27,496 nucleotides of DNA from Clostridia bacterium. Its GTDB lineage: Bacteria > Bacillota > Clostridia > CAKSNL01 > HGM11501. The first letter of the stretch is position 1. Each line of letters opens with the position of its first letter. Where the stretch lies: positions 1 to 27,496 of the forward strand of contig JAZQAZ010000046.1 of assembly GCA_045545475.1 (NCBI GenBank), given 5' to 3'. The notes under the pieces are model-generated. The model searched no databases and was not told the DNA's origin. It was given only the letters and a program-made list of their open reading frames with translations. Below are positions 1 through 8,834 of the stretch, piece after piece. Position numbers and translations under genes: made by a program.

Positions 1-2
1 TT

Positions 3-280
3 GGGCGGTACTCCTTAGGGAGAAACCGGTTTTGGCTTGTTATTTTTCGCTGATAGTGCGCAAAAAAATGCAGATATACGTCAGTATACCTGCATTTTTT
101 ATGCTTCTCTGAGTCGAAAAATCCCTAAACCAAAACTGCGCATGCACCACAAAAATCTCGATTTTGAGTGCAGAACAAGGAAAAAAGTTGAAGGAATCCT
201 GACGGATTTAGAGACTTTTTGACACAGTTATGTGCCAAAATCGTGGTTTTTGGGCGATTTATCCCTAAAGAGTATCGCCC
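3..280. mobile_element. MITE-like non-coding element with 26-bp imperfect terminal inverted repeats and two internal long hairpins
   Basis: 3-28 GGGCGGTACTCCTTAGGGAGAAACCG matches the reverse complement of 255-280 at 22/26. Hairpin 1 spans ~29-136 (loop GTCA, 80-83) and hairpin 2 spans ~150-252 (loop TGAC, 200-203). TT flanks both ends. Mobility is inferred. Confidence 0.6.
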
Positions 281-288
281 TTAGCGAC

Positions 289-1542
289 TTATTTTTTTAT
301 TATCTTATTTATTAATTTAATCAGATAGTAAACTATCATGCCGGTTATTATCGCAACAACCAGGTCAAAAATCACGGTTAAAGCAAAGGTTAAAACGAGA
401 ACTAAAATTTCATTCCATTTTTCCTCTTTGCATATCTTTACGAATTTTCTCCATTCACTCATGTTATATGCAACATGGAAAAGTATTGCTGCAATTACAG
501 GCATGGGAATCCACGCCGCATAGGGCATTAAAATAATTAATATGAGAAGCAGCGTAACAGCGTGTACAATTCCTGCAATGGGGCTTCTTCCGCCGTTCTT
601 TACATTTGCCGCAGTTCTTGCAATAGCTCCCGTTGCGGGGATACCGCCAAAAAGTCCTGATGCAATGTTACCCATACCCTGGGCAATAAGCTCGGTGTTT
701 GAATTGTGCTTATCATCAATCATTCCGTCTGATACAACGCAGGATAAAAGCGACTCGATTGCCGCAAGAATAGCTATTGTAAAAGCACTTGGAATAAGTG
801 CAGGAATTGCATTTAGGTCAAATTCAGGAATACTGAATTTGGGCGGAGCGTTTGAAATGGTATATAAATCACCAATGGTATTTACATCCATTTTAAGAAG
901 CTTTACAATTACAACTCCAAAAATCACGGCAATTAAAGAACCCGGAATTTTCTTGCTGACTTTCGGCCAGAAAATGAGAATTGCAAGGGCAAGTGCACCT
1001 ACAAGCACACTTAACCAATTTACTGTTCCGAAGTTCTTGACCACAGCTGCAATTTTTTCTGTTGTTTCGACAGCGTGGGTTCCTTCGGGAAATGTGAGCC
1101 CGAAAAAGTCCTTAAGCTGACCTGCCAGAATTGTCACCGCAATACCGGATGTAAATCCTACCGTTATTGAGTGGGGTATGTATTTTATAAGTCCGCCCAT
1201 ACGGCAGATACCCATTATTATAAGAATAATACCCGCCATAACAGTCGCAATTACAAGACCCGACATTCCGTCAGTTGCGATTATTCCTGCAACGATTGTA
1301 GCAAATGCCGCTGTTGGTCCCGATATATTAACTCTGCTTCCTCCAAATAGTGCAATTACAAAGCCTGCAACAATCGCAGTATACAAGCCTTGTTCAGGAG
1401 ATGCACCCGAAGCAATGGCAAGAGCGATTGATAATGGCAATGCAATTATCGCAACGATTATACCTGCAATAAAATCGCTTATAAAGCTTTTTCCGTTATA
1501 ATTTTTAAGTGTTTCTATTATCTTTGGGCTAAATGTTTTCAT
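289..1542 (-). CDS. SulP/SLC26 family anion transporter, transmembrane domain only (no STAS domain)
   Basis: SulP motifs DFIAGIIVAIIALPLSIALA, GLYTAIVAG, GPTAAF, ELIAQGMGN, GAIARTAAN; multiple hydrophobic segments; ends right after the last TM helix. Confidence 0.92.
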   Translation of the reverse strand: MKTFSPKIIETLKNYNGKSFISDFIAGIIVAIIALPLSIALAIASGASPEQGLYTAIVAGFVIALFGGSRVNISGPTAAFATIVAGIIATDGMSGLVIATVMAGIILIIMGICRMGGLIKYIPHSITVGFTSGIAVTILAGQLKDFFGLTFPEGTHAVETTEKIAAVVKNFGTVNWLSVLVGALALAILIFWPKVSKKIPGSLIAVIFGVVIVKLLKMDVNTIGDLYTISNAPPKFSIPEFDLNAIPALIPSAFTIAILAAIESLLSCVVSDGMIDDKHNSNTELIAQGMGNIASGLFGGIPATGAIARTAANVKNGGRSPIAGIVHAVTLLLILIILMPYAAWIPMPVIAAILFHVAYNMSEWRKFVKICKEEKWNEILVLVLTFALTVIFDLVVAIITGMIVYYLIKLINKIIKK

Positions 1543-1568
1543 TTTTGTCTTCCTCTCAAAAAACCGAT

Positions 1569-1601
1569 AAAAAGCACAAGACCCATAAAGAGTCTTGTGC
1601 T
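1569..1601 (-). terminator. Intrinsic terminator after rpmA
   Basis: Stem AGCACAAGAC (1573-1582)/GTCTTGTGCT (1592-1601), followed by a T-tract on the minus strand. Confidence 0.8.
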
Positions 1602-1617
1602 ATAGTGTTTGATATAA

Positions 1618-1899
1618 TTACGCTACAGGATAAACGCTTACCTGCTTCTTATCCTTGCCCATTCTCTCAAACTTTACTCTTCCGTTTGCTGTTGCAAACA
1701 GAGTATCGTCGCTGCCCTTCGCAACATTGAGACCGGGATGGATGTGTGTACCTCTCTGGCGAACTAAGATGTTACCAGCGAGAACAACCTGACCGTCAGC
1801 TCTCTTAACGCCGAGTCTCTTGGATTCAGAGTCTCTGCCGTTCTTTGTGCTGCCGACACCCTTTTTATGAGCGAAAAGCTGTATGTTTAACTTAAACAT
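1618..1899 (-). CDS. rpmA: 50S ribosomal protein L27 with Prp-cleaved N-terminal extension
   Basis: MFKLNIQLF|[23 protein letters not shown] is the canonical Firmicute L27 with its extension. Confidence 0.99.
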   Translation of the reverse strand: MFKLNIQLFAHKKGVGSTKNGRDSESKRLGVKRADGQVVLAGNILVRQRGTHIHPGLNVAKGSDDTLFATANGRVKFERMGKDKKQVSVYPVA

Positions 1900-2215
1900 T
1901 CACGTGTACCTCCTTCACAGTGAGATAATCCTCATATTCGATAGATAGATTGCATAAAAATTCCTTAAAGCTACGAAGCAAGTCCTGTGCCTCGTCTATC
2001 GACTCATTTTCAACCTTTAATGTGACATCTGCATCGGCCACGTTATATGTGACCTTTGCACCGACCACGTTTTCAAGACCGTTTACCGTCATCCACACCG
2101 TCGAAGAAACGGATGCACAGACAATATCCTCGCCTTCAACTGCGTAGCCTGAATGTCCACAAACCTTAAAGCCTGAAATTTTTTCGCCGACTAAGTAAAA
2201 TTCCGCTTTAGTCAT
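1892..2215 (-). CDS. prp: Ribosomal-processing cysteine protease Prp (YsxB/DUF464)
   Basis: GHSGY...DIVCASVS His/Cys motif; lies between rplU and rpmA. Confidence 0.95.
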   Translation of the reverse strand: MTKAEFYLVGEKISGFKVCGHSGYAVEGEDIVCASVSSTVWMTVNGLENVVGAKVTYNVADADVTLKVENESIDEAQDLLRSFKEFLCNLSIEYEDYLTVKEVHVNV

Positions 2216-2520
2216 TATGCATTGATAGCCTGGATTTCAACTTTTGTAAAAGGCTGTCTGTGGCCTTTTTTCTTGTGATATCCCTTCTTGGACTTGTAGC
2301 GATAAACAACTACCTTCTTGCCCTTGGTCTGCTTTAAAACCTTGGCTGCAACTGTTGCACCTTCAACGTAAGGAGCTCCAACCTTGAACTCTTCTCCGCC
2401 GATAGCTACAACCTTGTCAAAAGTAACGGTTTCAGCATCTGTATCAATCTTTTCAACGAATACGATGTCTCCTGCCTTTACCTGGTACTGCTTTCCGCCT
2501 GTTTCAATCACTGCGTACAT
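2215..2520 (-). CDS. rplU: 50S ribosomal protein L21
   Basis: [12 protein letters not shown]...KKGHRQPFT. The start is placed at ATG 2520 behind a GGAGGTG RBS rather than the GTG at 2529. Confidence 0.99.
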   Translation of the reverse strand: MYAVIETGGKQYQVKAGDIVFVEKIDTDAETVTFDKVVAIGGEEFKVGAPYVEGATVAAKVLKQTKGKKVVVYRYKSKKGYHKKKGHRQPFTKVEIQAINA

Positions 2521-2534
2521 TCTTTGCACCTCCC

Positions 2535-2605
2535 TGTATAATCAGACTCGCTATTGCGGGCGGCTTTTGACGCACTTAAATAAGCCCGTTCTATGCGGTT
2601 ACCAT
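2535..2605 (-). ncRNA. Probable L21 leader (ribosomal-protein autoregulatory 5' UTR)
   Basis: Structured UTR ACCGCATAGAACGGGC...GCCGCCCGCAATAGCGAGTCT between the promoter and the rplU RBS. It resembles Firmicute L21 leaders by eye; no covariance model was run. Confidence 0.7.
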
Positions 2606-2608
2606 AGT

Positions 2609-2637
2609 ATACTACCACAAAATCTTAGCAATGTCAA
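2609..2637 (-). promoter_or_regulatory. Sigma-A promoter of rplU-prp-rpmA
   Basis: TTGACA (2637-2632), 17 bp spacer, extended -10 TGgTAGTAT (-10 at 2614-2609). Confidence 0.75.
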
Positions 2638-2667
2638 CAACTTTTTTACTTTTTTTCGTTAATTTTA

Positions 2668-5415
2668 CTATCTTTCAAGCCAGATAAAATTATCGGGATT
2701 TATATCATATTTACCGAGGTATGCCGTTCTGTCTTCGGTATGTCTCAGATAAGACGCCGGACGATACTCCGTCACGTTTGTATGAATTGATATTTTCATA
2801 GGCTTGTCGGTAATATTAAAGTCTTTTTTCTTAAGCGTTATAAGAAAATGACTTCCCGGGAATTCTTCATCGGAAGACAAAGCTTCAACCTTATATTTTT
2901 TAAGTTCATCTTCCCTTGCCTTTTCGGTCATACCAAAGTACATCCATACTCTCACAGGAATAAACGGTGTTCCTTTTTCGTCTATATAGATTGGCGGATT
3001 AAACTTAAATAGGTTAAATTCGCCTGCTACGGTTATCCCCTCTTCTTTTTTCGCCATTACTTCAATTTTCAAATTTTCCGCATCTTCATCTATCCGCAAT
3101 TTTGCATTACTGTCCGAAAAGCTCATCCATCCGCTTCCTATTTTATATCGGGGCACGCCTTCCTCTACACCATCGTAATATTCAAGTGGAGAAAGTCCTT
3201 TTTCTATTCTTTCCGAAACCTCTGCAAATTCGGTTTTTATAAGCTTTCTGAGATACTCTGCTCTGTCATAGAGTTTTTCGGGGAAATATTTAAAACCTTC
3301 CGCCTCGGTGTGATAGCCAAGCCTTCTGTCTTTCTCTGAAACCCTTGCAAGGCTTTCAGAAATTTCAATTTCCCTTAAAACTATATTTTCCATTTTTAAA
3401 AGCGTTTCCTTTAAGTTACCTTCCCCGTTTCCAAGCTTATCCCTGAGATAATAAAACTTAAGTATATTCATTCCGCTTTCAAACTGTAAAGAAAGTGCTT
3501 TTGCAACGGACTCCTGCTCGGTTTCTTCACATGTTTCGCCAAGACCTTCGAGATAAGTCATTCCTTTATTCCAGTTTTCTGACATTTCCTCGGCTAAGGT
3601 TATCGCTTCTTCCAAAGTGTGTCCTGAAAGCAGAGACTCATATATTCTGTCTCCGTTCATCATATCGCCGTACTGCCAGCTTCTTGGAAGCGGATAGTTT
3701 TTAGGCTTAAGCTGTAAAAGCCACACCGATCCGTCATGGAATGGACCGTAATAGCTTGTCATAATGTTAAGAATGCAGTTTCTATAGCCTTTTTCAAAGC
3801 TTTCCCAGGCAGTAACTACTTTTTCGGCTTTCGCTTTACCCCAGTAAATTCCGGCTAAATACAAAAGGAAAGACTTTTTATCGGAAAAGTCCGAAAGAAA
3901 GGCAAGCTCGCCTGCCGCCTTATTCATAAGTGACGGATAGTTTCCGAAATACCAGCACTGCATAACCCCCTTAACTCCAAGGGAATACATGGCCTTATAC
4001 TTGTCAAAAAGATTTCCCGGCACCGGAATATAGGGTACGCTTGCAACCTCGTGGGAACAGCATACCTGAGTTTTTGCATAGATCGTTTTACCGTATTTTT
4101 TTGCAAAAGCTGCTGTGTTCTTAAACATATCCGACGGCCCTATATAAGAAAGCCAGTAGTCGTTTGCTATACGTTCTTTTCCAAGCTGTATACTGCTTCC
4201 CGCATCCTCAAACCCCTGAAGCATCCCGGCATCTTCGGGGATGAGTCTTGCATAGTCTTCAATATCCTCGATCTCCCAGCTTCTGTGTCCGTAGGTCCAG
4301 GATATAAATTCCGCATCGGGTTTTGATGCCCTTACGCCCTTTTTCATAGCTTCAACTGCATCTGCTAAGATCTCTCCCGCCCTTTTATCACGGCAATTCG
4401 GGCAGGTGTAAATACCTTTCTTTATATCACCGTATGCACTTGAGCAGTTTGTAATCCTCTCTCCTGTGGTAAGGGCAATTACTCCACCAAGGTCGGGGCA
4501 TTTTTCGAAAAGTGTTTTGTATGCCTCGTAAATATACTCTGCCCCTCTTTTTGAAGATGTGCAAAAACATCTTCCCCCGTCAGTTGCTACGGCACCGCCA
4601 ATATCCTTATACTTAATTGCAAGCTCACCACGAAGGCCGTCAGGTTCAATTGCCATAATAAACACCTTTATTCCGTAGCGACGGCATTTCTCTATGGTTT
4701 TATTAAGCTTTTTTATTCTTCTTTCGCTATCCTGCCCATATTCTGCAATTATACCTGAAGGCAAAAGATCGGAAAACTTGGTATATACCCATACACCGTT
4801 TGAGCCGTCGTGAGCAAGGCGGTTTAAGTATTCCTCGGGATAGTAATCTATATCGTCTCCAAGTTCCTCACCGTTATTCGGAGGACGGTTTATAGGTGCA
4901 AAAAAGCAATGGGTTATTCTTGATTTCATATGAGGCGTCCTCTTTATTTCACCAATGGGTAAAAACGCACCCTCCCGCCTTCTCATTTCGTCTTCAATGA
5001 AAACAAGACCACGGCGGATTCCTTCGGTATCCTCTGCAGTTATCACAGTTTCTTTTTCCGTCACGGTAATTATATATTCTTCAAAAACCGAGGTTTTTCC
5101 CTTCCTTGTAATTATGGGATACTTGTCCCCTCCGATTTCATATACTTTCAGAAAACTACCAAAATCTGCATACGATGTGTCAAGAAGTTCATCTGAAAAT
5201 TCAACTGCAAGAAACGCTCCATTTACATTGGCTTCTCCTTTTTCTGCTTTACGGGAATTGAAATAAGCCGGTTTCACCTGGTGAACCGGCTTTTTTAATT
5301 CTTCAACAAAAAGCTTTTCGGGCTGACAGTATAAAAACGGATCCTTTTCAACTATATTCCTTAACATAAAATCACGCTCCGTAAACATTTTAACGACAAA
5401 GCCCTCTATATGCAA
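2668..5415 (-). CDS. Large hypothetical protein, possibly glycoside-hydrolase-like (hexosaminidase-type N-terminal domain plus probable barrel)
   Basis: 915-codon ORF. EEYIITVTEKETVITAEDTEGIRRGL resembles the GH20-type domain-2 signature. The true start may be ATG 5367 (GGAGCGTGA upstream). The function is uncertain. Confidence 0.6.
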   Translation of the reverse strand: MHIEGFVVKMFTERDFMLRNIVEKDPFLYCQPEKLFVEELKKPVHQVKPAYFNSRKAEKGEANVNGAFLAVEFSDELLDTSYADFGSFLKVYEIGGDKYPIITRKGKTSVFEEYIITVTEKETVITAEDTEGIRRGLVFIEDEMRRREGAFLPIGEIKRTPHMKSRITHCFFAPINRPPNNGEELGDDIDYYPEEYLNRLAHDGSNGVWVYTKFSDLLPSGIIAEYGQDSERRIKKLNKTIEKCRRYGIKVFIMAIEPDGLRGELAIKYKDIGGAVATDGGRCFCTSSKRGAEYIYEAYKTLFEKCPDLGGVIALTTGERITNCSSAYGDIKKGIYTCPNCRDKRAGEILADAVEAMKKGVRASKPDAEFISWTYGHRSWEIEDIEDYARLIPEDAGMLQGFEDAGSSIQLGKERIANDYWLSYIGPSDMFKNTAAFAKKYGKTIYAKTQVCCSHEVASVPYIPVPGNLFDKYKAMYSLGVKGVMQCWYFGNYPSLMNKAAGELAFLSDFSDKKSFLLYLAGIYWGKAKAEKVVTAWESFEKGYRNCILNIMTSYYGPFHDGSVWLLQLKPKNYPLPRSWQYGDMMNGDRIYESLLSGHTLEEAITLAEEMSENWNKGMTYLEGLGETCEETEQESVAKALSLQFESGMNILKFYYLRDKLGNGEGNLKETLLKMENIVLREIEISESLARVSEKDRRLGYHTEAEGFKYFPEKLYDRAEYLRKLIKTEFAEVSERIEKGLSPLEYYDGVEEGVPRYKIGSGWMSFSDSNAKLRIDEDAENLKIEVMAKKEEGITVAGEFNLFKFNPPIYIDEKGTPFIPVRVWMYFGMTEKAREDELKKYKVEALSSDEEFPGSHFLITLKKKDFNITDKPMKISIHTNVTEYRPASYLRHTEDRTAYLGKYDINPDNFIWLER

Positions 5416-5450
5416 TACACAATCTTAAATAATATTTAAACTATATTAAA

Positions 5451-6017
5451 TTATTTTTCAAAAACTTTTCTGTAATCGTAAATATAGCTTATTCCAGAAA
5501 TTAATGTCGCAAGGGTGGACAAATAAATACTTGCCTGAGAAATCCAGTAGAGGAAAGCTATTTCGCTTGTTCCGAAAAGAATTGCGATAACCATGCTTAT
5601 CATCTGGATCGTGGTTTTAACCTTTCCCCACATACTTGCCGCAACGGAAATTCCCTCTGCAACGGCAATTACTCTGATGCCTGTTATAAGAAAATCTCTT
5701 GCAAGAATAATCATAGCACACCATACGGGGAAAACTCCCTCCACCATAAGGCAGAGCATAACCGCTGTAACAATCAACTTATCAGCCAAAGGATCCATTA
5801 CCTTACCGAAATTTGTAACCAAATTATCCCTTCTTGCTATGTATCCGTCGAACCAATCTGTCAAGGATGCAACGATGAAAACAAGTGCCGCAATTATGCT
5901 CTCTACCGATACTCCCAGTACGGATGCATCAGTAAAATGACAAAGCATTATAATCATAACAACAGGAACCAAAATCATTCTTAAAATTGTAAGTCTGTTT
6001 GGAAGGTTATTAATCAT
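5451..6017 (-). CDS. pgsA: CDP-diacylglycerol--glycerol-3-phosphate 3-phosphatidyltransferase
   Basis: NLPNRLTILR, TDWFDGYIARRDNLVTNFGKVMDPLADK (CDP-alcohol phosphotransferase motif). Confidence 0.97.
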   Translation of the reverse strand: MINNLPNRLTILRMILVPVVMIIMLCHFTDASVLGVSVESIIAALVFIVASLTDWFDGYIARRDNLVTNFGKVMDPLADKLIVTAVMLCLMVEGVFPVWCAMIILARDFLITGIRVIAVAEGISVAASMWGKVKTTIQMISMVIAILFGTSEIAFLYWISQASIYLSTLATLISGISYIYDYRKVFEK

Positions 6018-7341
6018 AAATCATCTCTCCAGTCAAATCATAATCTACATAATCCATTATTTTAACTTTGACAAACTCGCCCGCTTCAACTTCTTTTTCC
6101 GCACCGAAGTACACGAAAGCATCAACGTCCAAAGAATCCATATAACTTCTTCCATAGTATAAGCAGGATTCAGAGTCAAAACCCTCGGTTAAAACCGTAA
6201 GAGTTTTACCGATGAAGCTTTTACCGTTTTCCTCCGCCACCTTGTTTTGTATATCCATAAGAATTTCGGCACGTCTTTCCTTTACTTCATCATCAATCTG
6301 ATTTTCCATTTTTGCCGCTCTCGTTCCCTCCTCTGCAGAGTAGGCAAAGGCACCGAGACGTTCAAATTTCATTTCCTTGACAAAATTACAAAGCGTTTCA
6401 AACTGTTCCTCAGTTTCACCGGGGAAACCTGCAATCAGAGATGTCCTTATAGCAATTCCGGGAATTTCTTTTCTGAGCTTATCAATAAGAGTGCGAAGAG
6501 CCTCTCCCGTGGTTTTCCTATTCATTTTCTTTAAGATTTCATCATCTGCATGCTGAATGGGAATATCCATATATTTTACTATTTTTTCTTCAGTTTTGAA
6601 GACATCTATTATTTCGTCGTTTATTTCTTCAGGGTAGCAATAGTGCACTCTCACCCATTTAACATTTTCAATCTTACAAAGCTTTTTGAGTAGCTCCGGA
6701 AGCTTTTTTTCCTTGTACAAATCAATTCCGTATCGACTGGTATCCTGGGCAATTACGATAAGTTCCTTAACTCCTGACTCTGCCAGTTCTTCCGCTTCGG
6801 CTACTATCTCCTCCATAGGACGGCTCTTATAGCGACCTCTTATAAAAGGGATTGCACAGTAGCTGCAGAAATTATCGCATCCTTCGGCAATTTTCAAGTA
6901 TGCCGTATGCTTGGGTGTTGTTATTACTCTGGGAAGTGTTTTATCGCTGGCGTTTCCCCCGAAAAACTTTCTGTTTCCGTTCTTTTTTGCCTCATCAATT
7001 GCTTCTGCGATTTTGTCATAGTCCTCAACACCGACTATGGCATCAAGCTCCGGAAGCTCGGATAAAATTTCATCCTTATAACGCTGGGAAAGACAACCTG
7101 CACAAATTAATATTTTGCACTTGCCCATCTCTTTATAGCTTGCCGCATCAAGGATTGTTTCGATGCTTTCTGCTTTTGCCGAGTCGATAAACGCACAAGT
7201 ATTTACTATGATTATTTCCGCTTCTTCGATATCCTCCGTAATTTCATAACCTTTTTCCGTAAGAATACCTATCATATTTTCGCTGTCCACCAGGTTTTTG
7301 GAACAACCAAGTGAAATAAATCCCACTTTTTCAGTCTTCAT
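6010..7341 (-). CDS. rimO: Ribosomal protein S12 methylthiotransferase RimO
   Basis: SLGCSKNLVDSE, NTCAFI, radical-SAM CDNFCSYC, C-terminal TRAM-like region; adjacent to pgsA. Confidence 0.96.
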   Translation of the reverse strand: MKTEKVGFISLGCSKNLVDSENMIGILTEKGYEITEDIEEAEIIIVNTCAFIDSAKAESIETILDAASYKEMGKCKILICAGCLSQRYKDEILSELPELDAIVGVEDYDKIAEAIDEAKKNGNRKFFGGNASDKTLPRVITTPKHTAYLKIAEGCDNFCSYCAIPFIRGRYKSRPMEEIVAEAEELAESGVKELIVIAQDTSRYGIDLYKEKKLPELLKKLCKIENVKWVRVHYCYPEEINDEIIDVFKTEEKIVKYMDIPIQHADDEILKKMNRKTTGEALRTLIDKLRKEIPGIAIRTSLIAGFPGETEEQFETLCNFVKEMKFERLGAFAYSAEEGTRAAKMENQIDDEVKERRAEILMDIQNKVAEENGKSFIGKTLTVLTEGFDSESCLYYGRSYMDSLDVDAFVYFGAEKEVEAGEFVKVKIMDYVDYDLTGEMIYD

Positions 7342-7771
7342 TCATACAACTCCTGACATCGCTTAAGGAAAATCCCCGTGATACAAAATAGCGATATATC
7401 TTTTCCTTTTCTTCTTTGTCCTTAAATCTTTTATTAAGTTCTTCTTTTATAATTTCACATTCATCCACATCAAATGCACTAAGTGCATCCTCCGCCAAAG
7501 AATCAGGGATTCCCCGCATTTTAAGTTCCGATAAAATCCTTATTCTTCCATGTTTTTTTATCCTGTAAGAATCCGAAACATAGGCTCTTGCATATTCCGC
7601 TTCGTCTATGTAACCAAGCTCTGTCATGGCTAAAACCGCTCCTTCTATTTCCGAAGAAGGGAATTTTTTCGAATAAAGTTTTTCTCTTAATGTCTTTCTC
7701 GTCTGTCTGCCAAGGGAACAAAGCTTTGCTGCAGTTTCCCTTGCAGTAAGTTTTCTTTTACTTTTATTCAT
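7331..7771 (-). CDS. recX: Regulatory protein RecX
   Basis: LGYIDEAEYA, GRIRILSELKMRGI, YFVSRGFS repeats. The start is trimmed to ATG 7771, which overlaps the hemW stop. Confidence 0.88.
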   Translation of the reverse strand: MNKSKRKLTARETAAKLCSLGRQTRKTLREKLYSKKFPSSEIEGAVLAMTELGYIDEAEYARAYVSDSYRIKKHGRIRILSELKMRGIPDSLAEDALSAFDVDECEIIKEELNKRFKDKEEKEKIYRYFVSRGFSLSDVRSCMNED

Positions 7772-8834
7772 CCGCCAGAAACTCCATAAACACCAAATTT
7801 GCAAGGTCTTCTCCCAGTCTCGTAAGCCGTGCAAACTTACCGTCATAGGATATAAGACCTTTATCCGAAAGCTTTTTAAGCTTTTCATGAAACTTTCCTT
7901 TAGTTTCAAATCCTGTCAGAATGCGAAAGCCCAGCATAAAACGTTCGTATTCAGCCTCAGTTTCTGAAATTTCTATAGCTTCAAATCTTTTATCCTCTGC
8001 CTTTATATATTCTTCAATCCCGGAAATATTCGAATATCTCACATTTCCGTAAAACGAGTGAGCTCCTGCACCAAATCCATAATAAGGAACTCCTGTCCAG
8101 TATTTCATATTATGGCGGGATATTTTCCCGTTTTTCCCGAAATTTGAAATTTCATAATGTATAAAGCCTGCTTTTTCAAGGCTTTCACAAACTGCATGGT
8201 GCATTTCCCTTTCTTCCTCATCTGACGGAAGAGCGGGCGTATTATCATAAAAGGGTGTACCCTCTTCTATTATCAGAGAATAGCAGCTTATATGATTAAC
8301 CGAAAGCTCAATAGCCTTTTTCACGTTTTCAAGAAGACTCTCTTTTGTCTGACGAGGTATTGCCTCCATAAGGTCAATGCTGATATTATCAAAACCGGCT
8401 TCCCTTGCCATAAGCACAGCCTGAGTCGCTTCAAAGGAAGAATGTACCCTTGACAATGCCTTAAGTTCGCTATCGCAAAATGACTGCACACCTATACTCA
8501 ATCTGTTTACGCCCAGGCTTTTTAAAAAGCTGTATTTTTCCTTATCTGCCGTCGCAGGGTTTGATTCAACAGTAAATTCCGTATCGTCTGCCAAAGCAAA
8601 GTTATCCTTTATGGCATTTATAAGCCTTTTAAATTGCTCGTTTGTAAGAACCGTCGGAGTTCCTCCTCCGATGTAAACGGTATCCGCAGAAATTCCTGCA
8701 AAAGGCTTCATCTCATTTATCAGTGCAGTAACATAGTCATCCCGCATGTTCATCTTGCCTGAGTAAGAGTTAAAATCACAATAAGCACACTTTGCAAGAC
8801 AAAACGGAATATGTATATATATTCCGTTACTCAT
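7764..8834 (-). CDS. hemW: Radical SAM heme chaperone HemW (HemN-like)
   Basis: [34 protein letters not shown]; follows lepA. Confidence 0.93.
   Translation of the reverse strand: MSNGIYIHIPFCLAKCAYCDFNSYSGKMNMRDDYVTALINEMKPFAGISADTVYIGGGTPTVLTNEQFKRLINAIKDNFALADDTEFTVESNPATADKEKYSFLKSLGVNRLSIGVQSFCDSELKALSRVHSSFEATQAVLMAREAGFDNISIDLMEAIPRQTKESLLENVKKAIELSVNHISCYSLIIEEGTPFYDNTPALPSDEEEREMHHAVCESLEKAGFIHYEISNFGKNGKISRHNMKYWTGVPYYGFGAGAHSFYGNVRYSNISGIEEYIKAEDKRFEAIEISETEAEYERFMLGFRILTGFETKGKFHEKLKKLSDKGLISYDGKFARLTRLGEDLANLVFMEFLADE

Noticed and set aside
37-222. 61-aa plus-strand ORF
   Set aside because: It lies wholly within the palindromic element, with a TTG start, no RBS and no recognisable motif.
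1618-2520. L27 N-terminal extension and Prp protease as a novelty
   Set aside because: This is a well-described Firmicute feature.
5265-5296. Hairpin AAGCCGGTTTCACC-T-GGTGAACCGGCTT with a T-tract inside the 915-aa gene
   Set aside because: It is a single intragenic occurrence with the T-tract on the antisense strand. It is unrelated to the other repeats and could be chance.
7772-7909. Long N-terminal extension of RecX in the ORF track
   Set aside because: It overlaps the hemW 3' end; ATG 7771 gives a normal RecX.
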